Of a stretch of DNA of 64,000 nt, positions 19,604 through 28,996 are shown in pieces (positions within the stretch are counted from its first letter, which is position 1; every line of letters starts with the position of its first letter). This DNA comes from an uncultured bacterium. Lineage in GTDB: Bacteria; UBP7; UBA6624. Both the position numbers and the translations under genes were made by a program. The notes under the pieces were generated by a model. The model was not told the origin of the DNA and did not search any database. It saw only the letters and a program-made list of their open reading frames with translations. Location of the stretch: NCBI GenBank assembly GCA_964012435.1, contig CAXGSM010000004.1, positions 10,711 to 74,710 on the forward strand, read 5' to 3'.

Positions 19604-20448
19604 ATCAAAAAAAACGATTTTTCTATAATGCTTATTTAGAAAATTTATATGCTCCAATAATGAGGTTCCTAATCATTATCAAACCCTTGTTTGTTCTTTT
19701 TGGAATTTTTTACTCTATTAAAAATCCTAATGATGCAATTGTTATGTGGACTCTTTCTCTGATCGTTTGTTTTTTTATGATTGTTTTGGGTACTGATATT
19801 GGATTGCACAGATATGATGCCCATAAATCTTTCAAAACGTCAAAGGCAAAAAGGATATTTTTGTTGTTTTGGTCTATTCCATGTATGAGCGGAAGCCCTT
19901 TGCATTGGGCTGTTGTTCACAGAAAGCACCATGCTGAGTGTGACAGTGAAAATGATCCACATTCCCCTCATTCAATACCATGGTGGAAGGTTTGGTTTTA
20001 CTTGCATCCAGCATATGAATTTGTGCCGCTTGAAAATAAAAAATATTTTAAAGGTTTGATTTCAGACAAGGTTTATCAGCTCACACATGCTTATTATTTT
20101 TTACTTGTTTCTTTGTATCTTTTTTCATTATGGTATTTTTTTGGTTTTGAGTGGCTTCTTTTTGGAATGTTGATCCCATCAGCAATAGTTGATTGTCAAA
20201 TGGCTTTTGTGAACGTTGTTTGCCATATGTATGGGTATGAGAATTACAAAACAGGAAAACAGTGTCATTCAAAGAACAATTGGCTTGTTCATTTTCTGAC
20301 TTTTTTTTCTTTTGGACTTCATAATAACCATCATTGGGATCCAGGTAATCATAGAACGTCTAAAAAGAAGGGGGAAGTTGACCTTTCTGCCTGGATTATT
20401 GAGGTGTTTTTTTTAGATAAATCAAGAAAAATTGATTCAACAAGATAG
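19600..20448 (+). CDS. Membrane fatty acid desaturase (delta-9/acyl-CoA type)
   Basis: Three His boxes HRYDAH, HRKHH, HNNHH; DPHSP motif; TM segments. Confidence 0.9.
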   Translation: MNQKKRFFYNAYLENLYAPIMRFLIIIKPLFVLFGIFYSIKNPNDAIVMWTLSLIVCFFMIVLGTDIGLHRYDAHKSFKTSKAKRIFLLFWSIPCMSGSPLHWAVVHRKHHAECDSENDPHSPHSIPWWKVWFYLHPAYEFVPLENKKYFKGLISDKVYQLTHAYYFLLVSLYLFSLWYFFGFEWLLFGMLIPSAIVDCQMAFVNVVCHMYGYENYKTGKQCHSKNNWLVHFLTFFSFGLHNNHHWDPGNHRTSKKKGEVDLSAWIIEVFFLDKSRKIDSTR

Positions 20449-21159
20449 CCTGCCATAACCTTCGATCATTTTTTCAACAAACAATTGAGGGTTTTTTGTA
20501 AAAGGTGCATGTTTAGATTTGAATTCGAAAAGCAAGCTTTTTTTTGCAGTTTTATTTACCCATTTTGCCTGCTCTAAAGGGTTGATTTTGTCATAAATTC
20601 CATGCATTAAAAGTATAGGTATTGGGAAGTTTTTTATCATTTTTCCAAAATCTGTTTCAAACATATCCCATCTCAAATTTTCTAAAAGGGTTTTGTCTGA
20701 GTTTTTGCAAGATTTCATGATTGAATTTATGTCATCTTGAGACCAGTGTCCTTTCATCTCATTTAAGGTTGGTTTGATATGCCTTATTGGATCAGAAAAA
20801 TAGTTATCAAGTCTTTGTTGCAAGATTTTTTTAGAAGTACTTGATTTTTTTTCTGCTGGAGATCCGTTTATAAATGATGCAACTTTTATGTTTAATTTTC
20901 CATATTTATTGATTGTGTTTTGAAGCAGAAAGGAACCCATGGACCAGCCTGCGACTATGTCAGGTTTTTTATTCTCGATTTCTTGCTTGAGCCACAAACT
21001 AAGTTCTTTTAGGTTTTTTATTTGTGAGCTTTGAAAGCCATGGCCAGGCAGCGTTGGTCTGTAAACTGTCCATTGTTTTGGGAAATAATCAATTAAAGCT
21101 GACCATGTTTTATCACTCATTCCAGAACCATGCAACAATAAGCATTTAACTTTTTTCAT
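20437..21159 (-). CDS. Alpha/beta hydrolase (BioH-like fold)
   Basis: LLHGSG, LPGHG, nucleophile elbow GWSMG, HG..D, C-terminal HAPF. Confidence 0.88.
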   Translation of the reverse strand: MKKVKCLLLHGSGMSDKTWSALIDYFPKQWTVYRPTLPGHGFQSSQIKNLKELSLWLKQEIENKKPDIVAGWSMGSFLLQNTINKYGKLNIKVASFINGSPAEKKSSTSKKILQQRLDNYFSDPIRHIKPTLNEMKGHWSQDDINSIMKSCKNSDKTLLENLRWDMFETDFGKMIKNFPIPILLMHGIYDKINPLEQAKWVNKTAKKSLLFEFKSKHAPFTKNPQLFVEKMIEGYGRLSC

Positions 21160-21165
21160 GCCTTT

Positions 21166-21188
21166 ATCCTAGAGTCTAAGTCTAGAAT
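21166..21188. promoter_or_regulatory. Back-to-back putative -10 elements for the divergent hydrolase and gcvT genes
   Basis: Minus-strand TAGGAT (21166-21171) is 6 nt from the ATG at 21159; plus-strand TAGAAT (21183-21188) is 6 nt from the ATG at 21195. Confidence 0.6.
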
Positions 21189-21194
21189 TAGAGC

Positions 21195-22256
21195 ATGTTA
21201 AAAAGAACCCCTTTATTTAATGTTCATTGTGAATTAAAAGCAAGATTTGGACCCTTTGGTGATTGGGAAATGCCTTTATGGTTTGAGGAAGGTATCAAAA
21301 GTGAGGTCAGGTCAGTTAGGGAAGATGCTGGTATTTTTGATGTTAGTCATATGGGTGAATTTTTAATTTCTGGCAAAAAATCACTTGATTTTTTACAGGT
21401 ATTGCTTACAAATGATATTAGAAAAATTGGAATTAACCAGGCCCAGTACAACCTTATGCTGAATGAAAAAGGAGGAGTAATAGACGATCTTATTGTTTAT
21501 AGGCTTGGTTTAGAAGATTGGAGGTTGGTGGTCAATGCTTCAAATACAGAAGCGGGCAAAAAATGGATTTCTTCAAGATTAACAGAAGGTGTTTCTTTTA
21601 GAGATGAAACCGATGAATGGAGCTTAATTGCTCTACAAGGTCCTAAAAGTAGTTTTTATTTAAAAGAAGCTGGCTTTGATGTTGGCTCTTTGGGCAAATT
21701 TGAATTTAAAAAAGGTGAAATTGACGATATAAAAGTAGAGATTGCTAGAACAGGTTACACAGGAGAGGATGGATTTGAGATTTTTGTCAGGCCGATGGAG
21801 GCAGAATCTGTTTATAGAAAGCTTTTAAACCTCGGTGCTGCTCCTATCGGGCTGGGTGCAAGGGATGCTTTAAGGCTTGAAGTTTGTTATCCTCTTCATG
21901 GACATGAGATAAGCTTGAGCGTAAACCCGATTGAAGCCAGTCTCAAATGGGCTATAAAGTTTGAAAAAGGAGACTTTATAGGCAAGGAAGAATTGCTTCT
22001 TTACATTGATAAAAAAAAGAAAAGAAAAATTTTTGCTTTGCTCCCTGAAGTTCCAGTTAGGGAGGGGTCTGAAGTTTACCTTGGTGATCTTTTGGTTGGA
22101 AAAATTACAAGTGGACTTTATTCTCCAACTTTAAAAAAACCAATTGCATTGGCTTTGTTGGAAGATTTTGACGAAAACAACAAAGAAGTCTTAATTAAAA
22201 AAGGAAAAAGGTTTAAGATTGCTACGTTGTGCAAAAAGCCTTTTTATAGGAGATAA
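21195..22256 (+). CDS. gcvT: Glycine cleavage system aminomethyltransferase T
   Basis: LKRTPL, FDVSHMGE, GGVIDD, ARTGYTGEDGFE, GLGARDALRLE. Confidence 0.96.
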   Translation: MLKRTPLFNVHCELKARFGPFGDWEMPLWFEEGIKSEVRSVREDAGIFDVSHMGEFLISGKKSLDFLQVLLTNDIRKIGINQAQYNLMLNEKGGVIDDLIVYRLGLEDWRLVVNASNTEAGKKWISSRLTEGVSFRDETDEWSLIALQGPKSSFYLKEAGFDVGSLGKFEFKKGEIDDIKVEIARTGYTGEDGFEIFVRPMEAESVYRKLLNLGAAPIGLGARDALRLEVCYPLHGHEISLSVNPIEASLKWAIKFEKGDFIGKEELLLYIDKKKKRKIFALLPEVPVREGSEVYLGDLLVGKITSGLYSPTLKKPIALALLEDFDENNKEVLIKKGKRFKIATLCKKPFYRR

Positions 22257-22260
22257 ATTT

Positions 22261-22620
22261 ATGCTTTATTCAAAAACACATGAATGGTTTGACAAAGACG
22301 CTAACAGGATAGGAATAACTGACCATGCACAAAATGCCTTAGGTGATTTAACCTATATTGAAATCCTTGTTGAAGAAGGCGATGAAGTTTCTATAGGTGA
22401 TGAAATTGCTGAGATAGATAGTGTTAAAACTAGTGAAGTTGTTTACTCTCCTGTTTCTGGGATTGTTGCAAGCGTAAATGAAGATCTTGAAGATAGCCCT
22501 CAGTTGATAAATGCTTCTGCTGAAAATGAAGGTTGGCTTGTTTCTTTTTCCAGCTTTGATAAAAATGAAGATTTGATGAACTCTGCGGCTTATGAGACTT
22601 ACAGGCAAGAAGAACATTAA
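22261..22620 (+). CDS. gcvH: Glycine cleavage system H protein
   Basis: YSKTHEW, GITDHAQNALGD, lipoyl-Lys in DSVK, SPVSG; ATG 22261. Confidence 0.96.
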   Translation: MLYSKTHEWFDKDANRIGITDHAQNALGDLTYIEILVEEGDEVSIGDEIAEIDSVKTSEVVYSPVSGIVASVNEDLEDSPQLINASAENEGWLVSFSSFDKNEDLMNSAAYETYRQEEH

Positions 22621-25469
22621 TGACATTTGTTGAAAGGCATATTGGAACTACAGACTCTCAAAAAGAGGAGATGCTTGAGTATTTAGGCTTTTCATCCATG
22701 GAGGAACTGTCTAGAAGGGCTATTCCTGATTCTATTTTTTTAAACAAAGATTTAGATGTTGGTGATTCTTTAAGTGAGCATCAAGCAGAGCAGCTTATAT
22801 TTGATATCTTAGATAAAAATGATATTTTTAAATCTTTTATAGGGATGGGGTATTATGGAACGCGCCTTCCAAATGTTGTCAAAAGAAATATACTTGAGAA
22901 TCCTGGTTGGTACACTCAATACACTCCTTATCAAGCAGAAATTTCTCAAGGTAGGCTAGAGATGCTTTTCAATTTTCAAACCATGATTGCTGATCTAACA
23001 GGCTTGGAGGTGTCTAATTCTTCTCTTCTTGACGAGTCTACTGCAGCAGCTGAAGCTATGATAATGAGTTTTAATCTTCAGAGAAAAAAAAATAAGAAAA
23101 GATATCTCGTTCATGACAAGTGTCACCCGCAAACAATAGAGCTTTTAAAAACAAGAGCTGAACCTCTGGGAATCTTGATTGATGAATTGAATTTTGATGT
23201 TGATATTAAAGAAATTCCTGGTGATGTTTTTGGATTAATTTTACAAACTCCTGATACTGAGGGAACGATATTGAATGACTATTCAGAATTAGTAAAAGCT
23301 GTCAAGGATGAAAAAGGTATAGTCACAGTAGCGACAGACTTAATGGCACTTGTTCTTTTTAACCCTCCTTCTGAGTATGGTGCTGACATTGTTGTCGGCA
23401 ATGCGCAAAGGTTTGGGGTTCCTTTGGGTTACGGAGGACCTCACGCTGCATTTTTTGCTACAAAGGAAAAATATAAAAGAAAAATACCTGGAAGGGTTGT
23501 TGGTCTTTCAGTTGATTCTGAAGGAGCTCCAGCATATAGGTTATCTCTTCAGAGCAGAGAGCAACATATAAGAAGAGAGCGAGCAACAAGCAATATTTGC
23601 ACAAGCCAGGTTTTATTGGCTGTTATTTCTGCTGCATATGCAATGTACCATGGGCCAAAAGGTCTTAAAAATATTGCAAAAAAAATCCATTTCTTAATTG
23701 ATCTTCTGCATGGAAGTTTAAAAAAATCAGGATTTAAAGTTGAATCTTCAATTGTTTTTGACACATTGAAGGTTTATTGTGACGCAGAAAAAATTTACAA
23801 AAAAGCAATTGATCAAAAGATCAATCTTAGAAAATTTGATAAATTTGCAATTGGGGTTTCATTTGATGAGCTTACTGAGGTTAAAGATGTACAGGAGCTT
23901 TTAAGTATTTTTGGCATAAATAGTGACTTTGATGATCTTGAGAAAGATTTTTTTGAAAAAACAACTACAAAAAGTATTGAAAGCGCTAAAAGGTCAAGTG
24001 TTTATTTGAGCAATCCTGTTTTTAATATTTTGCACAGTGAACATAATATGCTTAGATATTTAAAAAGGCTTGAAAACAAAGACTTGAGCCTTACGTCATC
24101 AATGATACCTTTAGGCTCTTGCACAATGAAGCTTAACCCAACTTCATGCATGTACCCGGTAACATTGGCTAAAAACTCCAACATTCACCCATTTGCTCCT
24201 GAGCCACAGGTGAAAGGATATAAGGATTTAATTAATTGGCTTGAGAGGGACCTATGTGCTCTAACAGGTTTTGATGGGTGTTCGCTTCAGCCAAATGCCG
24301 GCTCTCAAGGTGAATACGCTGGCCTTTTATGCATAAGGGATTATCACTTAAGCAACGGCAATAAGCATAAAAAAGTTTGCCTGATACCTAGCTCTGCTCA
24401 TGGAACAAATCCTGCGAGTGCAGTTATGGCGGGCTTCAAGGTGAAAGTGGTTGCTTGTGATAAGCATGGAAATGTTGACTTTGAAGACTTGCAGGATAAA
24501 TGCAAAAAGCATGGTGATGAAATTGGAGCATTAATGGTTACCTATCCTTCAACCCATGGTGTTTTTGAACACAAAATTAAAGATATTGCTGATTTGATTC
24601 ATTCTGTTGGTGGCCAGGTTTATATGGATGGTGCAAACATGAATGCCCAGGTCGGTTTATGTAGACCTGGTGATTATGGAATGGATGTCTGCCACCTAAA
24701 CCTTCATAAAACTTTTTGCATACCACATGGTGGAGGGGGGCCAGGGGTTGGCCCAATCTGTGTCGCAAAGCATCTTAAGGCTTTTTTACCTAGTCATTCA
24801 GTGATAAAAACAGGATACAGAGGCAAACAGGTTTCTTCTGCTCCTTGGGGAAGTGCATCTATACTTTGCATTCCTTTTCTTTACATAAGGATGATGGGCT
24901 TTTCAGGCTTAAAAAAAGCAACTCAAACAGCAATATTGAATGCAAATTATTTAATGAAAAAAACTCAAAAAGCATACAAGGTTCTTTATAAGGGAAAAAC
25001 TGGAAATGTTGCACATGAATTCATTCTTGATTTGCGTGATATTGAAAACGATACAGGCGTTAATGTAACTGATATAGCTAAAAGGTTGATGGATTATGGA
25101 TTTCATGCTCCTACTGTTTCGTTTCCAGTTCCAGGGACAGTGATGATCGAACCAACCGAAAGTGAAGACAAAGTCGAACTAGATAGGTTTGCAGAAGCTT
25201 TGATTTCAATAAGAAAAGAAATTGACGAAATTAACACAGGAGTTATGCCAAAAGAAAATAATGTCTTAAAAAATTCCCCTCATACCGCAATATCAATAGC
25301 AAGCTCTAACTGGGATCGTCCCTACACGAGAGAAAAAGCTTTTTTCCCTTTGGCTTGGGTTAAAGAGAGGAAATTTTATCCTTCTGTATCCAGGATAGAC
25401 GAAACTTTTGGAGATAGGAATTTTATTTGCACTTGTCCCCCAGTTGAGAGTTTTGATGTCAAGGATTAA
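22620..25469 (+). CDS. gcvP: Glycine dehydrogenase (decarboxylating), single-chain P protein
   Basis: YTPYQAEISQGRLE, REQHIRRERATSNICT, PLP-Lys in HLNLHKTF, HGGGGPG. Confidence 0.98.
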   Translation: MTFVERHIGTTDSQKEEMLEYLGFSSMEELSRRAIPDSIFLNKDLDVGDSLSEHQAEQLIFDILDKNDIFKSFIGMGYYGTRLPNVVKRNILENPGWYTQYTPYQAEISQGRLEMLFNFQTMIADLTGLEVSNSSLLDESTAAAEAMIMSFNLQRKKNKKRYLVHDKCHPQTIELLKTRAEPLGILIDELNFDVDIKEIPGDVFGLILQTPDTEGTILNDYSELVKAVKDEKGIVTVATDLMALVLFNPPSEYGADIVVGNAQRFGVPLGYGGPHAAFFATKEKYKRKIPGRVVGLSVDSEGAPAYRLSLQSREQHIRRERATSNICTSQVLLAVISAAYAMYHGPKGLKNIAKKIHFLIDLLHGSLKKSGFKVESSIVFDTLKVYCDAEKIYKKAIDQKINLRKFDKFAIGVSFDELTEVKDVQELLSIFGINSDFDDLEKDFFEKTTTKSIESAKRSSVYLSNPVFNILHSEHNMLRYLKRLENKDLSLTSSMIPLGSCTMKLNPTSCMYPVTLAKNSNIHPFAPEPQVKGYKDLINWLERDLCALTGFDGCSLQPNAGSQGEYAGLLCIRDYHLSNGNKHKKVCLIPSSAHGTNPASAVMAGFKVKVVACDKHGNVDFEDLQDKCKKHGDEIGALMVTYPSTHGVFEHKIKDIADLIHSVGGQVYMDGANMNAQVGLCRPGDYGMDVCHLNLHKTFCIPHGGGGPGVGPICVAKHLKAFLPSHSVIKTGYRGKQVSSAPWGSASILCIPFLYIRMMGFSGLKKATQTAILNANYLMKKTQKAYKVLYKGKTGNVAHEFILDLRDIENDTGVNVTDIAKRLMDYGFHAPTVSFPVPGTVMIEPTESEDKVELDRFAEALISIRKEIDEINTGVMPKENNVLKNSPHTAISIASSNWDRPYTREKAFFPLAWVKERKFYPSVSRIDETFGDRNFICTCPPVESFDVKD

Positions 25470-26199
25470 TTATCTAGATCACTCCGCAGATAATCAGAAT
25501 CTTAATTTGAAGATTGAGGAGTTCCTTCTTGAGGATGTCAAATTGAATCCAGATAATGTTTGGTTGAGGTTTTGGAAAGGTGATGATTCTGTTGTTTTAG
25601 GCAAATCACAAAAAATAGAAGAAGTTTGCAATATTGAAAATTGTATTGACGACAATGTTGGTGTTTATAGAAGGTTCAGTGGAGGTGGTGCTGTTTTTCA
25701 TGATAGCGGTAATCTCAATATAGCCATAGCGCTTGATAGAAAGAGGTGGAAGCTACCTCTTGATCCAAAAAAATCTTTTGAATGGCTTTCTTTGATAATA
25801 CAAAGATTTTTAAATGAAAATGGACTAAACAGTTCGACTGGGAGGATAAGTGATATACTTGCTGCAAAATCTGATGATTTTAAAAAAGTTTCAGGGACAG
25901 CTCAGGCCAGAAGAGGCAATGCACTTCTTTGGCACGGCACATTGCTTATTGACACGCCGATCGATAAAATAAAAAGATATTTGCCAATACCTCCTGATAG
26001 GCCAGGCATACCACATGAAGACTATGTTTCAAATTTGAAAATGTTAGATGTTTGTCTGGATGTTAAATCTATAAAAAAGCAAATATTAGAAATAGCAAAA
26101 GATTTTTTTCAAATCCCATGCCTTGAATTTGATTTTAATGACCGAATCAAGGAGAGATTGCCAGAAACAGAATATATGAATATTTTGAAAAAAGGATAA
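25456..26199 (+). CDS. Lipoate-protein ligase family protein
   Basis: RRFSGGGAVFHDSGNLN, KVSGTAQ, HGTLL; follows gcvP; ATG 25456 preferred. Confidence 0.88.
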   Translation: MSRINYLDHSADNQNLNLKIEEFLLEDVKLNPDNVWLRFWKGDDSVVLGKSQKIEEVCNIENCIDDNVGVYRRFSGGGAVFHDSGNLNIAIALDRKRWKLPLDPKKSFEWLSLIIQRFLNENGLNSSTGRISDILAAKSDDFKKVSGTAQARRGNALLWHGTLLIDTPIDKIKRYLPIPPDRPGIPHEDYVSNLKMLDVCLDVKSIKKQILEIAKDFFQIPCLEFDFNDRIKERLPETEYMNILKKG

Positions 26200-26205
26200 A
26201 TTCAA

Positions 26206-26943
26206 CTAATTTTCTTTTTTGTCTTTTTGTTCTTTTGATTCTGAAAAATCAATATACATTTGTGCCACAACCAAAGGCCCTAACGGTCCTGATGCTGCGC
26301 CCAAAAGAATACCCATTGTTTCATTCGCTAATGATCCAACTGTCAAAAGGATACCTTGTGTTAAAGCGATTGAGATTCCAGTTACAGTCAAGGTAAAGAG
26401 CATGTACCACACTTTCCCTTTTGAAAGGTTTAAGCTCTCTGTGATTGGTGAGAGACCAGATGTTTTATTTTCCAGCATTGAAGCCATCCAGAATAAAGAA
26501 GCGATTGAAAACCACACAAGGGCAGGGGCAATTATTATGAATCCAAGGCCAGCAGTCAGAACGCCAATCAGTATTGCAAAACCAATAATAAGACTAAAAA
26601 CCAGAATGGTTAAAAAGAATCTTGGAGAAGCTTCTACTGCCTGGTTCAGGCATTCTTTTATTGATATGTCATCATCCTTTGCTTTTTTTAAAGATATTGC
26701 TGTGGTTAAGATTTGACAAAGCATGGCGACTATAAGCACAAGAATACCTGTAGGGGTGCTAAAGAAGCTAAAGATAGCAGCCTCCATTGCTGCTTTTGCA
26801 GTTGGGTTAGCTGCTTCAATAGTTGCTGGATTTACGCCACTTCCTCTGTAGATCAGTATACTTGGAACAGCTGTCAAAAGCCAGACTGGGATAAAGAAAT
26901 TCAAATCCAAAAATTTTTCAATTGATTTTGTTAGCTGTTTCAT
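26206..26943 (-). CDS. Hypothetical integral membrane protein
   Basis: About 6 hydrophobic segments; translationally coupled to fumC. Confidence 0.7.
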   Translation of the reverse strand: MKQLTKSIEKFLDLNFFIPVWLLTAVPSILIYRGSGVNPATIEAANPTAKAAMEAAIFSFFSTPTGILVLIVAMLCQILTTAISLKKAKDDDISIKECLNQAVEASPRFFLTILVFSLIIGFAILIGVLTAGLGFIIIAPALVWFSIASLFWMASMLENKTSGLSPITESLNLSKGKVWYMLFTLTVTGISIALTQGILLTVGSLANETMGILLGAASGPLGPLVVAQMYIDFSESKEQKDKKEN

Positions 26944-28256
26944 CAGGAAAGCCTCCCTGGATCCATTATTTCTTTTAATTCCTTTTTGGAGATGTTTGTC
27001 ATTTCTGACGCCACATCAAGTATGCTTCTTTTTTCAGCATAGGCTTTTTGAGCTATTTCTGATGCTTTTTCGTAACCGATTCTTGAATTCAAGGCAGTGA
27101 CTAGTATTGGGTTTTTCCAAAGTCTTTCCTGGATAAGGTCTTTGTTAAACTCAATGTTGTTTATTGCTTTTTCAGAAAGTGCAATCATGGAATTTGATAA
27201 TAGCTCAATTGATTCAAGTAAATTTTTTGAAATAAGTGGATATGTAACATTCAGCTGAAATGATCCAGAGGAAACTGCATTCGTTACAACGTTATCATTT
27301 CCTTGAACCTGAAAGCAAGCTTGGCAGACCGCTTCAGGTATAACCGGGTTAACTTTACCTGGCATTATCGATGAGCCTGGTTGAAGCTTAGGTAATTTGA
27401 TTTCGGATATCCCTGCAAGTGGTCCTGAATTCATCCATCTTAAATCATTTGATATCTTATAAAGGCATGATGACAGGTTCTTTAAACGAGACGAGGCAAT
27501 CATCAAGGGAAGTGGAATCGACATGCCTAAAAATGGAGATTGAATTTGTTTCAGCTGTAATGATGTTTTTTGAGACATTATGTTTAAGCATTCTGAAGTA
27601 GCTTTTTTTGATGAGTTTGTGCCAGAGCCAACAGCTGTTCCCCCTAAAGGAACTTCAGATAGGTTTTTTAAACAATCACTAATTTCTTCAAGACAGTATT
27701 CAAGACCATATTTCCAAGCTTTAAATTCATCTTCAAGCTTAATTGGCAGGGCGTCCATCAAATGGGTTCTGCCAGTTTTTATCAAGCCAGAAGACCTTTG
27801 TGAAAGTGCTTCTGTTTCCTTTATTAAATTCTTAAGGGATGGAATTAGATGATTTTTTACTGCCAAAGCAACTGCAATCTGTATTGAGGAAGGTATCACA
27901 TCATTCGATGATTGCCCTATATTCAAGTCATCATGAGCATCAATTTTTGAATTCGATAGCTCAGAGCTTCTTTTGGCTATGACCTCATTGACGTTCATGT
28001 GTGTGCTTGTTCCGGATCCTGTCTGAAAGACATCTATTGGAAATTGATCATGCCATACTCCGTCCATCACCTCTTGACTTGCCTTCCTTATAGGTTCAAG
28101 CTTCTTTTCTTCAAGGAGTCCAAATTTGCTGTTAGCTTGAGCCATAGAGTGCTTAATTAAAGCAATTGCTGAAATTACATGTTGAGAAACCCGTTGTGAA
28201 GATATTTTGAAATTATCTATTGCAAGTTGAGTTTCTTTTCCGTAAAGTTTATTCAT
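26943..28256 (-). CDS. fumC: Class II fumarate hydratase
   Basis: QTGSGTSTHMNVNEV, QSSNDVIP, GRTHLMDA, PGSSIMPGKVNP; ATG 28256 preferred. Confidence 0.93.
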   Translation of the reverse strand: MNKLYGKETQLAIDNFKISSQRVSQHVISAIALIKHSMAQANSKFGLLEEKKLEPIRKASQEVMDGVWHDQFPIDVFQTGSGTSTHMNVNEVIAKRSSELSNSKIDAHDDLNIGQSSNDVIPSSIQIAVALAVKNHLIPSLKNLIKETEALSQRSSGLIKTGRTHLMDALPIKLEDEFKAWKYGLEYCLEEISDCLKNLSEVPLGGTAVGSGTNSSKKATSECLNIMSQKTSLQLKQIQSPFLGMSIPLPLMIASSRLKNLSSCLYKISNDLRWMNSGPLAGISEIKLPKLQPGSSIMPGKVNPVIPEAVCQACFQVQGNDNVVTNAVSSGSFQLNVTYPLISKNLLESIELLSNSMIALSEKAINNIEFNKDLIQERLWKNPILVTALNSRIGYEKASEIAQKAYAEKRSILDVASEMTNISKKELKEIMDPGRLS

Positions 28257-28341
28257 GTAAAAGTTAATTCTATATCTATTATTTTTTTGACTTAGCATTA
28301 ATTCAAAAAAAAATATAGAATTTAGCAAGAGGTTTTTTTAG

Positions 28342-28989
28342 ATGGAAAAAGTAATTGTATATATTGATGCTCATAATCTTTATAGAGCACATATGGATTA
28401 TGGGATTGCGAGGGTTGATGTAAAAAAGCTTGTTCAAAATATTGTTGGCAGAAATAAAAGGCTAATAAGAGCCTATTATTATGTTGCTTTAGCAGACAGA
28501 AACTTGGATCCAATAGCACATGATCGTAAATCTAAATTTGTAGAATTTATCAACAGGCAAGAAAGAATGGAGGTCAAGCTAGGCAAGTTGAAGGTTGAAA
28601 CAAGAAAAGTCTCTAAGAATATTCTTGAAACAATAAAAAAAGCATGTCAAGACAAGACCCTCCCAAGAGAAGCGATTTCAAAACTGGCAAGCTTGGAGAC
28701 TTCATTAAGGGGTTTTTTGATAGATGATGCAATCGAAATCAAAGAGAAGGGGATAGATGTTCAAATAGCTGTAGACATGATCAAAGATGCTAATAAAAAA
28801 ATATCAGATGTTCAAATATTGGTTTCAGGAGATGCTGACTTCATTCATCTTTTGAAAAACCTCAAGGAGATTGGACAGGTTGTTGGTGTTGTTTCCTCTA
28901 GGGGAAATGCATCTTCTGAATTGATTAATCATGCTGACTTCCATAAGCTTTTAGACAAGTCGGACTTTAAAAAACTTTCATTAAAGTGA
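28342..28989 (+). CDS. NYN domain (LabA/DUF88, PIN-like) protein
   Basis: YIDAHNL, EKGIDVQIAVDM, LVSGDADF, ASSELINHADF. Confidence 0.88.
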   Translation: MEKVIVYIDAHNLYRAHMDYGIARVDVKKLVQNIVGRNKRLIRAYYYVALADRNLDPIAHDRKSKFVEFINRQERMEVKLGKLKVETRKVSKNILETIKKACQDKTLPREAISKLASLETSLRGFLIDDAIEIKEKGIDVQIAVDMIKDANKKISDVQILVSGDADFIHLLKNLKEIGQVVGVVSSRGNASSELINHADFHKLLDKSDFKKLSLK

Positions 28990-28996
28990 ATTGATT

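Noticed and set aside
26219..26716. 165-aa plus-strand ORF
   Set aside because: Entirely antisense to a membrane protein gene coupled to fumC; no recognisable motifs
28342..28989. NYN protein as a toxin or defence nuclease
   Set aside because: No antitoxin or defence neighbours; stand-alone LabA/DUF88 genes are common
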